Source: Terriglobia bacterium
GTDB taxonomy: Bacteria > Acidobacteriota > Terriglobia > 2-12-FULL-54-10
Length of the DNA: 64,000 bases
Reading direction: 5' to 3'
NCBI GenBank assembly: GCA_963666975.2
Contig: CAXVYR010000004.1
Location: forward strand, 704,001 to 768,000
The position numbers and the translations under genes are program-made. The notes under the pieces were generated by a model. The model had not been told where the DNA came from. It saw only the letters and a list, made by a program, of their open reading frames with translations, and did not search any database. How positions within the stretch are numbered: the stretch's first letter is position 1; each line of letters opens with the position of its first letter. Below are positions 31,802-40,973 of this stretch, one piece after another.

Positions 31802-33313
31802 TGTGCCCCGTCAGGGCTTGTTGGACAGGTAGAGGGTAATAGTTAAGGTGATGTTTTTGGCTCATCGTAGAGACTGAAAGGAACGAAGATGAGACAAAAA
31901 CAAGACGACAGGGGGGCGGTCGAGAAGGCCGTCCGGGAGATCAAACGCAGGACGCGGCGCAGGTTCAGCCCGGAAGACAAAATCCGCATTGTATTGCAGG
32001 GACTTCGCGGCGAGGACAGCATCGCGGAGCTGTGCCGCCGCGAGGGGCTGCACCAGAACCAGTATTACCGCTGGAGCAAGGAGTTTCTGGAGGCTGGCCG
32101 CAAGCGGCTGGCGGGCGACATAGACCGTGAGGCAACCAGTGGCGAAGTCAAGACTCTGCGGGAGCAGGCCGTACAGCTGAAAGAGGCCCTGGCCGAGGCT
32201 ATGCTGGAAAATCGCCTGCTAAAAAAAAGCGTGATCGGGGATGGGGAGGAACATACATGAGATACCCTGCCTCGGAGAAGCTGGAGATCATCTGCACGGT
32301 GGAGCAATCTGCCCTGGGGGTGCGCCGGACGCTGCAGCAGGTTGGCATTCCCAGATCGACGTTTTACAACTGGTACGACCGCTATGTGTCGGAAGGCTTT
32401 GATGGGCTGGAAGACAAAAAACCCGATCCTGGCCCTGTCTGGAACAAGGTGCCGGAGGAGATAACTCAGCAGTTGGTGACGTTAGCCCTGGCCGAGCCCG
32501 ATCTGTCGTCACGCGAGCTGGCGGTGCGTTTTACCGAGGAAAGGCGGTATTACCTTTCTGAATCGACGGTTTACCGCGTCCTGAAAAGCCATGACCTGAT
32601 TACCGCGCCAGCCTTTATTGTCCTGAAAGCGGCGGAACGGTTCGCCAACCCGACCACGGCGGTCAACCAGCTCTGGCAGACCGACTTCACCTACCTGAAA
32701 GTCATCGGTTGGGGCTGGTTCTACCTGTCCACGGTGCTGGACGACTTCTCGCGCTATATCATCGCCTGGCGGCTGTGCAAAACCATGAGCGCAAGTGACG
32801 TCTCGGCCACGTTGCGGGATGCTTTGCAAGCCACCGGCCTCGACCGCGTGGGCGCCCGGCACAGACCTCGCCTCCTGAGCGACAACGGGCCGTGCTACGT
32901 CTCTTCCGAACTGCAATCATGGCTGGCAGAAAACAGCGTGCCGCATACTCGCGGCAAGCCCTATCACCCCATGACGCAGGGCAAGATCGAACGCTGGCAC
33001 CGAACTCTGAAAGACCGCATCCTGCTCAACAACTATTACCTGCCAGAAGAGCTGGAGCGGCAGATCGATGCCTTCGTCAACCACTACAACACCAACCGAT
33101 ACCATGAAAGCCTGAACAACCTGACACCGTATGACGTTTTTACAGGCCAAGGCAGTGCCATCCTGCAAAAACGGGATCGCATCAAAGAGAAAACTATGAT
33201 CTTAAGAAAACGGTTGCACTTCAAAAGAAGGGCAGCCTAACATCAACCCAGAGGAGCCTGAACGCCACCTTATCTTTTTATGCTCTGTGTCCAACATTAT
33301 CTGACGACGTACA
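31802..33313 (+). mobile_element. IS3-family element with IS481-like TGT..ACA ends, copy 1 (1512 bp)
   Basis: TGTGCCCCGTCAG...CTGACGACGTACA; same as 61408-62919. Confidence 0.92.
31889..33240 (+). CDS. IS3-family transposase orfA (31889-32260) / orfB (32257-33240), probable -1 frameshift
   Basis: HTH orfA, A8 slippery run at 32221, [23 protein letters not shown]. Confidence 0.92.
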
Positions 33314-33354
33314 CTCCCGAGCAACACCGTAGTGTAGAACGAAATCTCTCAACT

Positions 33355-33518
33355 CCCGAGTGGTCGCCTACTCGGAAACAATAGTGCGGCCCGCCGCCTT
33401 AGTCGTCTGCGGTCCAGAAACGGCGTTATGGGAAGTTACTCCTGCCTTGTCGCCAAGTGTAGACCTATCCGGTGGGCGCGGATTACCCGCCACTACGCCG
33501 TTACACAGGAGTAATCGT
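33355..33518 (-). repeat. Dispersed repeat family copy (composite)
   Basis: Reverse complement matches 17140-17210 and 17393-17446. Confidence 0.7.
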
Positions 33519-33584
33519 AGTGAACGCATCCTTTGTTTCAGCCCCTCACGTTAGCCCGCGGGGGCCGCGCCAGCGTAGATTTCC

Positions 33585-34151
33585 TCAGCATTTGGGATCG
33601 CCTGCAGACTCAAAGAGCGCCTTCCTGATTTCGGTCGTCAGAATATCGTGACATTTGCGAGGACTGGTTTCGGCGGCCACAAGCGCCGCCACTCTTTCCG
33701 GTATGTTCAGCATCCCGTCGCGGATCGTTCGATATTTATTAAAGGCGATCCGTTCTATGTCCGACATCCGAACCAGGTCGCCATTCCGTTCCTCGTAGTC
33801 GAGGCGCGCCATGCTGGCGAGATAATATTCGCGAGTCGCCCTATGTGAAGCATAGCCGTCAACAGCAGTAGGTGCCGGCGGAGCTGCCGGCGCCAGCCCG
33901 GGTTTAGTAGATTTCTTTTTTCCATTTCTTGCAGCCGCGGCATCCGGAGGTCGCTGCTGTTGCTGTGCCGGCCGCGGTGCTGTATTCCGCATCCAGTCCT
34001 CATCGGCTTTTTTTGCATCGATCAGACCCTTTCGGTTTTTTTGGATGCGACCGGACAGGATCGCTTTTTGAACCGCCCTATGGGTTACACCTCGACGTTT
34101 GGCGTAAGCCCTTTGGCTGACCAGTTCCGCAGTTTCTTCAACACCTTTCAT
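33585..34151 (-). CDS. Lambda Nu1-like terminase small subunit
   Basis: VSQRAYAKRRGVTHRAVQKAILSGRI wHTH, ARLDYEERNGDLV, IRDGMLNIPERVAALVAAE. Confidence 0.7.
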   Translation of the reverse strand: MKGVEETAELVSQRAYAKRRGVTHRAVQKAILSGRIQKNRKGLIDAKKADEDWMRNTAPRPAQQQQRPPDAAAARNGKKKSTKPGLAPAAPPAPTAVDGYASHRATREYYLASMARLDYEERNGDLVRMSDIERIAFNKYRTIRDGMLNIPERVAALVAAETSPRKCHDILTTEIRKALFESAGDPKC

Positions 34152-34178
34152 CCCTCAACTATAAACGATTAACTGCGC

Positions 34179-34275
34179 CGGCTACCAGCGGCTACCGGCT
34201 ACCTCTTTTTGGGTGAGACGCTAGCGATATTGTGCCATCACGCCACCCGTTCTCGTTTTCGACCAGGAAGGACCC
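34179..34275 (-). other. Lambda-like cos region relic
   Basis: GGGTCCT (cosQ) - 20 nt - GGGTGGCGTGAT, then three CGGCTACC repeats before the terminase gene. Confidence 0.5.
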
Positions 34276-34676
34276 AAAAACTCAGAAAGGCATTGAGATC
34301 GTTGGGTATTATCCGCGCTGTGGCGCCCTGAGCGCTCCCCTCAATGAACTATTTGCCCACCTCGGGCAAGCCTGGCGCACTCAGGGCCAACCTCGCTCGT
34401 TGAGCCGATGGACAGGTTTTGATGGTTTTGTAGGTTCCACTCCTGTGAACATTTGAAACTTTTCTACCCTCAGCACGCGGTTGGCGTGCCGAGCCAGCAC
34501 CTCGGTTGACCACGACTACCATCCATCTCCCTGCAGAGCGCGAACGAACCACGTAGGCGCTCTACCTCGACAGCCATTCCACCTTGGTTGAGACACACCC
34601 CGGCGAGTCTGTATTGGTTTATTGGAACAGAATGGAACAGGTTTGGTTTTTGGGCGGCTGTAAGCTATTGAAAGAA

Positions 34677-34736
34677 TGGTGGCCAGGGACGGAATCGAAC
34701 CGCCGACGCCAGCCTTTTCAGGGCTGCGCTCTACCA
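34677..34736 (-). tRNA. 3' part of tRNA-Phe(GAA), att-like relic
   Basis: GGTAGAGCG-CAGCC-CTGAAAA-GGCTG...GGTTCGATTCC...GGCCACCA; 5' acceptor strand absent. Confidence 0.8.
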
Positions 34737-34876
34737 ATGCCATCCTATTGAATCAACGCATGTTAGCATTCCTAAAGAGCCGATTTTGTGCCTGAATTTT
34801 GGAAGCATAATGGAAGCAGAACTGCGGAACGCCCGGCGCTTGCCTCACAAGCTCGGACACGATCTCATCCATTAAA

Positions 34877-35075
34877 CCCGCATTCCCATTCTGAAAACGC
34901 AGCGGCAACATTCTGCTAACCTCCGACGGCAATATTGATACGGGTTTGAGCAGCGAAATTGGCTTCAGGAGGGCAACACCCAATGGGTGAGGACCAAAAA
35001 CAGCCGTTTCAACTGCCATTCAACCGGATACTGCGGATCGCTTTCCAGGGATCGCGGGTTACTTCCAATGGCGGC
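34877..35075 (+). mobile_element. IS1380 left-end relic
   Basis: Homologous to 31280-31474; MGEDQKQPFQLPFN...RVTSNGG. Confidence 0.75.
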
Positions 35076-35173
35076 CCGTGGCCGCCGTACCATGCTAGGA
35101 GAGGCCCGCACCCAGGCCAAGCATGACTTTTTAAGCTGGTAAAACTAAGCTGCGCTGATTATCATCGGCACTC

Positions 35174-36010
35174 GTGCATTCAGGGTTGGAAACGACGCAG
35201 ACTCGCTCGTACTGGGAGGTTGAGATAGCTCCACGGCGGATGGGTTACTTCCATGGCGGCAATACGGGGGGACTAATGACCGCTAGTCCAACCGTTTCTT
35301 ATATGGTGGGCGGACGAATCGATGCGTTCGTCCGCGGGCGCGATAATGCACATTGGCACCATTTCTGGGCCCCGGACGGTAGCACACCCGGTTGGCAGAG
35401 GCTAGACGGTGTGCTGTACACAGCGCCGACTGCGGTCTCCCGCAAACGCGGAGTCCTCGATGTATTTGCATTCGGCCGGACTGGTAGTCTCTGGCAGAAA
35501 TCATTCTCCTCTGGACGGTGGTCCGGGTGGAGTGACCGGGGCGGCATTCTCAAGGGGCCAACTCTTGATGACACGAGTCGCCGCAGTTCCGTTCGATTTC
35601 ATCCGGTTGCGATCTCGAGACATTCAAAGCATGTCGGAATCTTCGCCGTGGGATCGGATATGGCAGTCTGGTATATCTCGTGGGACGATGAACGTTGGGG
35701 TAATTGGCATTCGCTGGGCGGTCAAGGAACATCAGCACCCGCAACGGCATCATTGGCCGCGAACGACTGTACCGTATACGTTCGAGGAACCGATACCCAC
35801 GTGTACCATAAAACATGGAAGGCTGCTAACGGGTGGCGGGTAAGTGGACAAAACAAGACAATACCCGACTTTTGTCCAGTCCCACAGCTGTTGCAGCTCA
35901 CGGAGTGAAGTGGGTATTCGCAAGAACCAAGCAGCGCATTGCAACGGGCCTTACTTACACAGGGACAGCGGGGGGTGGGCGCGGGCAGTCATGGTCACCA
36001 TTCCAGGTTG
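35174..36010 (+). pseudogene. Trp-rich repeat beta-propeller (PLL/fucose-lectin-like), frameshift near 35835
   Basis: Repeats like IDAFVRGRDNAHWH, WSGWSDRGG, WGNWHSLGG; continues in another frame as LLSSPTAV. Confidence 0.6.
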
Positions 36011-36215
36011 GTGAATCCTCACGTGCCCCCGGGCCCGACTTGTGGGAGGATCCGGTCGTTATTTTTGATCCCCGAAAGAAGGCGGAGATTCGTCGTTTCA
36101 GGAACGACGGATTATTTGTTGTTTGCTACAGGGCGCGCCGTGATGCTGGTTTCAGGCTACCGAAACGCGAGCCGGACCATCTTCGTTTCGATTACTATCG
36201 GTTGCCTAGCTAAAG

Positions 36216-36250
36216 TGACCTGCCCCCCATAAATCGGTCCAGTTGATAAG
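36216..36250 (+). mobile_element. Orphan IS3-family terminal IR
   Basis: TGACCTGCCCCCCATAAATCGGTCCAGTTGATAAG, matches 17001-17036 reversed. Confidence 0.65.
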
Positions 36251-37375
36251 TGTACGTCGCCAGATTTATTCAGACACATGAGGATAAAAGATAAGGTGGT
36301 GTTCAGGCTCCTCTGGGTTGATGTTAGGCTGCCCTTCTTTTGAAGTGCAACTGTTTTCTTAATTTCATAGTTTTCTCTTTTATGCGATTGCGTTTTTGCA
36401 GGATGGCGGTGCCTTGCCCTGTAAAAACGTCGTACGGTGTCAGGTTGTTCAGGCTTTCATGGTATCTGCATGTGTTGTAGTGGTTGACGAAGGCATCGAT
36501 CTGCCGCTCCAGCTCTTCTGGCAGGTAATAGTTGTTGAGCAGGATACGGTCTTTCAGAGTCCGGTGCCAGCGTTCGATCTCGCCCTGCGTCATGGGGTGA
36601 TAGGGCTTGCCGCGAGAATGCGGCACGTTGTTTTCTGCCAGCCAGGACTGCAGTTCGGAAGAGATGTAGCACGGCCCGTTGTCGCTCAGGAGTCGAGGCC
36701 GGTGCCGGACGCCCACGCGGACGAAGCCGGTGGCTTGCAAGGCATCCCGCAGCGTGGCCGAGACGTCGCTTGCGCTCATGGTTTTGCACAGCCGCCAGGC
36801 GATGATATAGCGCGAGAAGTCGTCCAGCACCGTGGACAGGTAGAACCAGCCCCAACCGATGACTTTCAGGTAGGTGAAGTCGGTCTGCCAGAGCTGGTTG
36901 ACCGCCGTGGTCGGGTTGGCAAACCGTTCTGCCGCTTTCAGGACAATAAAGGCCGGCGCGGTGATCAGGTCATGGCTTTTCAGGATGCGATAAACTGTCG
37001 ATTCGGAAAGGTAATACCGCCTTCCCTCAGTAAACCGCACCGCCAGCTCGCGTGGCGACAGATCAGGTTCGGCCAGGGCTAACGTCACCAACTGCTGGGT
37101 TATCTCCTCCGGCACCTTGTTCCAGACCGGGCCAGGATCGGGTTTTTTGTCTTCCAGCCCATCAAAGCCTTCCGACACATAGCGGTCGTACCAGTTGTAA
37201 AACGTCGATCTGGGAATGCCAACCCGCTGCAGCGTCCGGCGCACCCCCAGGGCAGATTGCTCCACCGTGCAGATGATCTCCAGCTTCTCCGAGGCAGGGT
37301 AACTCATGTATGGTCCTCCCCATCCCCGATCACGCTTTTTTTAAGCAGGCGATTTTCCAGCATAGCCTCGGCCAG
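36251..37375 (-). mobile_element. Diverged isoform of the IS3-family element, orfA truncated
   Basis: orfB 36324-37307 with several substitutions; homology ends at ~37375. Confidence 0.88.
36324..37307 (-). CDS. IS3-family transposase orfB
   Basis: Near-identical to 32257-33240. Confidence 0.85.
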   Translation of the reverse strand: MSYPASEKLEIICTVEQSALGVRRTLQRVGIPRSTFYNWYDRYVSEGFDGLEDKKPDPGPVWNKVPEEITQQLVTLALAEPDLSPRELAVRFTEGRRYYLSESTVYRILKSHDLITAPAFIVLKAAERFANPTTAVNQLWQTDFTYLKVIGWGWFYLSTVLDDFSRYIIAWRLCKTMSASDVSATLRDALQATGFVRVGVRHRPRLLSDNGPCYISSELQSWLAENNVPHSRGKPYHPMTQGEIERWHRTLKDRILLNNYYLPEELERQIDAFVNHYNTCRYHESLNNLTPYDVFTGQGTAILQKRNRIKEKTMKLRKQLHFKRRAA

Positions 37376-37384
37376 AGCCGGTTT

Positions 37385-37965
37385 CAGCAGTGGGTGCGTT
37401 CGGGGGCGCTGGCGAAGGCGTTGCGAAGCTGGCGCAACGGTTGCGAGCCGAGGGCCGCTTGAACCTGGAGGAAGCCTTTATCGACGCGACCTTCGCAGCC
37501 GCGAAAAAAGGGGCCTCGGGATTGGTCCTACCAAGCGAGGCAAGGGGACGAAGATCACGGCTATCACCGTTGGCGACAGTGTACCTGTCGCCGTCAGTGT
37601 CCAGGCTGCTTCGCCCCACGAAAGCCAACTGGTCGAAGAGGCCCTCGGTCACAGCTTCCTGGACAAACTTCCGGCCAGACTGATCGGAGACAAAGCATAC
37701 GACAGCGATAAGTTAGACGATCGAATGCAAAAACGCTACGGGATTGAGATGATTGCTCCGCACCGCAGCAACCGGGTACACCCGACGCAGGACGGACGTC
37801 CCTTACGCCGCTACCGGCGGCGCTGGACGATCGAACGCCTCTTCGCTTGGCTGCAAGTGTTTCGCCGACTGGTCACGCGCTACGAGTACCACATCGAAAA
37901 TTTCTTGGGGATGGTCCGACTCGGATGCATGAAAATCATGCTGAGGTATTTTTGAGACCAGCTGT
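37385..37965 (+). mobile_element. IS5-family (IS427-like) transposase fragment
   Basis: [21 protein letters not shown] slip site, [30 protein letters not shown]; 5' part missing. Confidence 0.8.
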
Positions 37966-38018
37966 AGTCCTGACGGGGTACAGATTTCGACATCGACGAC
38001 GGCCTTCTGCCGTTCCTG

Positions 38019-38990
38019 TTAGCCGATGTAGCCTTGCTCGCGATAGTAGCCCTCCGCGCCGGGATGAAGGGGCGCGCCGAGGCCCTGCCACATGGTGAAG
38101 GGATCGATCGGATAGGTCAGGGGGCTGTGCTCCACCGGCAGATGCCGATAGCGCCCCTCCAATTCGGCCCGCTCCTCAACCATTACGGCTGTGATCAGGT
38201 AGGCCAGATCTTCGGGCATGTCGTCGCGGACGAAGACCGCCCAATGGGACCAATCCAGGCAGGGTATGTCGGCGCCGGCACGGAGACGTCCGCTAGGGAG
38301 GATGGCGGGCCGGAAGCCATACTCCGTTTGCAATTGCTGGAGCGCCCCTTCCTCCATGGGCAGGAAACGCATCGGGACCGTTTCCACCAACTCGCGCCAT
38401 GGAGGAACCATGATGGCTTCCTGGAAAACCGCGTCCGCCTCGCCTCGAGTGACCAAAGGGACACAACGGCGGGGATGATCTTGCTCCAGCCACTTCCCGC
38501 CCCAGGTTTCAATCTCCCGTGGATCGATGCCGTGAGCTAAAAATACTTTTTCGACCGCATAGCTCATCAAGTTGTCGCTGTTGCGGCAGGTTGTGGCAAT
38601 GCGCAAGGGAGGGCGGCTCTGCTTGAGACCGGCAAAGGAGGTGATCCCGGTATCGGCCCGGACGGCGAAGACAAGACGGTCGTCTTGCGGGATATATCCC
38701 AGAGCGCGGAGATGCGGATAAGGAGTTCCCGCAAAGAAGTGCCGGCCGGCCGTCGCCCATTCCAGGGCGATGTTGTACGGTGTGGTAACCGCCAAGTCCA
38801 CTAGGCCTGTGGCCACCGCATCCACATTGGTGCGATATCCCGTTCCCGTATGGATGATGAAAGTGGAACCGGGAGCGCTGCGCCACCGTAGATTGGCGGC
38901 GATCCACCCTGCAATAATATGAAAATTCGCGTTCCCCCAATCGCCCATGAGCTTCAAATCCAGGCGACGGGTTGTTGAAACCAGAGCCAC
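38019..38990 (-). CDS. TAXI-family solute-binding-like protein
   Basis: LVFAVRADTGITSFAGLK, VFVRDDMPEDLAYLIT, APLHPGAEGYYREQG; no signal peptide visible. Confidence 0.8.
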   Translation of the reverse strand: MALVSTTRRLDLKLMGDWGNANFHIIAGWIAANLRWRSAPGSTFIIHTGTGYRTNVDAVATGLVDLAVTTPYNIALEWATAGRHFFAGTPYPHLRALGYIPQDDRLVFAVRADTGITSFAGLKQSRPPLRIATTCRNSDNLMSYAVEKVFLAHGIDPREIETWGGKWLEQDHPRRCVPLVTRGEADAVFQEAIMVPPWRELVETVPMRFLPMEEGALQQLQTEYGFRPAILPSGRLRAGADIPCLDWSHWAVFVRDDMPEDLAYLITAVMVEERAELEGRYRHLPVEHSPLTYPIDPFTMWQGLGAPLHPGAEGYYREQGYIG

Positions 38991-39021
38991 TCAGACTCCC
39001 AATCGCAGAGCGGTGAAAAGG

Positions 39022-39330
39022 CTATGACACGAGGTAGACCTGCCCCTCCCGCACGGTCAGTTGGAACACATGGGCCCGGAGGAGGGTCTGGTCGATCCCC
39101 AGGACCTGTCCGGTCCGGAGATCGTAGCGAAACCCATGCCACGGGCAGGTGACGACGCCGTCCTGGATCTTGCCAAAAGCCAGGGGGCCGCCTCTGTGAG
39201 GACACCAGTTTTCAATGGCGACGAGGGTCGCATCCGGAAGAGAAACAACCGCCACTTCCAGTCCATTGTCCAATCGCTTGTGAAGGACCCGGTTCGGTTC
39301 GATCTCTTCCAGCCGGCACAAAAGCGTCAT
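39022..39330 (-). CDS. Rieske [2Fe-2S] ferredoxin
   Basis: CPHRGGPL...CPWHGFRYDLRTG. Confidence 0.92.
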   Translation of the reverse strand: MTLLCRLEEIEPNRVLHKRLDNGLEVAVVSLPDATLVAIENWCPHRGGPLAFGKIQDGVVTCPWHGFRYDLRTGQVLGIDQTLLRAHVFQLTVREGQVYLVS

Positions 39331-39362
39331 GTGTGACTCTTCACTCCTCCCACGGCCGTTGG

Positions 39363-39938
39363 CTACCACTCCTGGCGAGCCTCCCGCTCCGGATCCGTAT
39401 CCTCATCGGCGTGAAAGCCATAAGCAAGGGAATGGACGAAGGAGCACCGCTCACAGGTGCGCAAATTTCGGTCGCGATTGAACTCCCGCACGCCCTCCAA
39501 CTGAAAAGCGAGAAATCCCCCGAAACCGAGGGTGGCCGTATCAAAGTCCGCCTGGTGGAGCTGATGTCCACACCGGGGACAGTACCACTGGCAGGCGTCG
39601 CGGCTGGGGCGTCCGCTAATTCCCCCGATCGTCATCATGTAATAGGTTGCTTCGGAATACACGGCTTGAAGCCACACCAGATCGCTATCGCTGACGTGCC
39701 AGAACCCGAACAAGTGGGTGATATGGTGCGGAGTCCCCGCTTCGATCCGATGCAGGAGAGGCGTTCCGGGAGCATCCTTGCGAATGGGAACAATTCCCGC
39801 TTCGGTCATCTCCAGCAGCCCGTAGGGCGGCTCCGCATTCCCGCGATGACCCGCCCAGACCGCATAGTCACCGACTTTTTCCCATCGGCTGGAAGTGTCG
39901 GTCATGCGGCGGACGTAATGTAACAGTGGATTCTGCAT
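39363..39938 (-). CDS. 3-hydroxyanthranilate dioxygenase-like protein B
   Basis: GTPHHITHLFGFWH, DACQWYCPRC...FNRDRNLRTCERC rubredoxin-like tail. Confidence 0.65.
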   Translation of the reverse strand: MQNPLLHYVRRMTDTSSRWEKVGDYAVWAGHRGNAEPPYGLLEMTEAGIVPIRKDAPGTPLLHRIEAGTPHHITHLFGFWHVSDSDLVWLQAVYSEATYYMMTIGGISGRPSRDACQWYCPRCGHQLHQADFDTATLGFGGFLAFQLEGVREFNRDRNLRTCERCSFVHSLAYGFHADEDTDPEREARQEW

Positions 39939-39966
39939 GGGTGGCGGAAGAAACGAGCGCCAGGCG

Positions 39967-40626
39967 CTACCAGTTCATGCGTGCCTCTCGCTCCTCGGGA
40001 GTATCCCAGGTGTGGAAAGCGCAATAGCCGGGCGGGTTTACATGGCCACATTGCGGGCAGGTTCGATTCGCCGGGTCGCTGTTGTATTCTCGTACGGCGG
40101 CCCGTTCCCAGGACCAGAACTTGTCGAAATTAATCCGGCCGGTGCAGAGCTCGCGAAGAAAGACCAGCGTGGTGCACTGGTCGCAATACCAGGCAACCCG
40201 ATCCGTTTCGTTTCCCTTGGGAACGCCCATGATCACGAAAAGATAACCCGGCTCGCTCGGCGACGGAGGCGGCAGCGGGAGAATGATCTCGTCCTTGTCA
40301 TTGATGTGCCAGTACCCGAAGAGATGTTCGGTATGATGCGGGGTGCCGTTGACGGTTACGGCGATGGTGAAAGGCTCTCGAGCCACCTGAAGCTTTCCTT
40401 TCGGCCCGATCTCGAAGTTTCGCCGCGTCTTCACCAAGTCCAACGGCCCTCGGGTCGAACCGACAGAATTCGCGGCCTCATGGGAGACTGGCCGAACGCC
40501 GAAGATATTGTCGCCCACCGGAATGAACCCGCCGGTAAATTTTTTGATCAGGCGTTCGCTCAAGAAATCCCAGTCTTCGGCGACCTTTTCGAGAGGCTCC
40601 TTCACATAGAGGTCCGCAAAATGCAT
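39967..40626 (-). CDS. 3-hydroxyanthranilate dioxygenase-like protein A
   Basis: GTPHHTEHLFGYWHINDKDE, DRVAWYCDQC...YNSDPANRTCPQCGHVNP. Confidence 0.7.
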   Translation of the reverse strand: MHFADLYVKEPLEKVAEDWDFLSERLIKKFTGGFIPVGDNIFGVRPVSHEAANSVGSTRGPLDLVKTRRNFEIGPKGKLQVAREPFTIAVTVNGTPHHTEHLFGYWHINDKDEIILPLPPPSPSEPGYLFVIMGVPKGNETDRVAWYCDQCTTLVFLRELCTGRINFDKFWSWERAAVREYNSDPANRTCPQCGHVNPPGYCAFHTWDTPEEREARMNW

Positions 40627-40714
40627 TTCCCGCCCTCCTTGTTCACAATCGGATCACAGCGCCATGCCGCCATCGCGGAGCTGCCGGGAGGCCAATGATC
40701 CAGGCACGCTACCA

Positions 40715-40905
40715 AAATTAGTTTACAAATCCAGATGTGTCAACCTCATTTTCGGCTATGCGGCCGCAAAGCAAGAACGGTTGGGGTTCTTTCTTTTGCC
40801 TCTCCCGGGGCTTGCTGCGTGGGAACCCACGCTTCCCAGGGCGTGCGCCCTGGGCTATGTTCTTTCGCGCCTCCGGCGCTGTGCCGGTGTGGAGAAATTT
40901 CACTG
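40715..40905. repeat. REP/MITE-like GC-rich palindromic element
   Basis: GCGTGGG-AA-CCCACGC, CCCAGGGCGTGCGCCCTGGG, GCGCCTCCGGCGC hairpins. Confidence 0.5.
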
Positions 40906-40973
40906 AAACCGATAACAGCTATCCGAACCGCGTCCTGTTATTGCTCATCGCCGGTTCTCCCATATAACTGCAT

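Noticed and set aside
34677-34736. Functional tRNA-Phe gene
   Set aside because: 5' acceptor strand and part of the D arm are missing; kept only as an att-like relic
31802-37375. Composite transposon formed by two inverted IS3-like copies
   Set aside because: Copies are different isoforms, the outer end of one is deleted, and there is no flanking TSD
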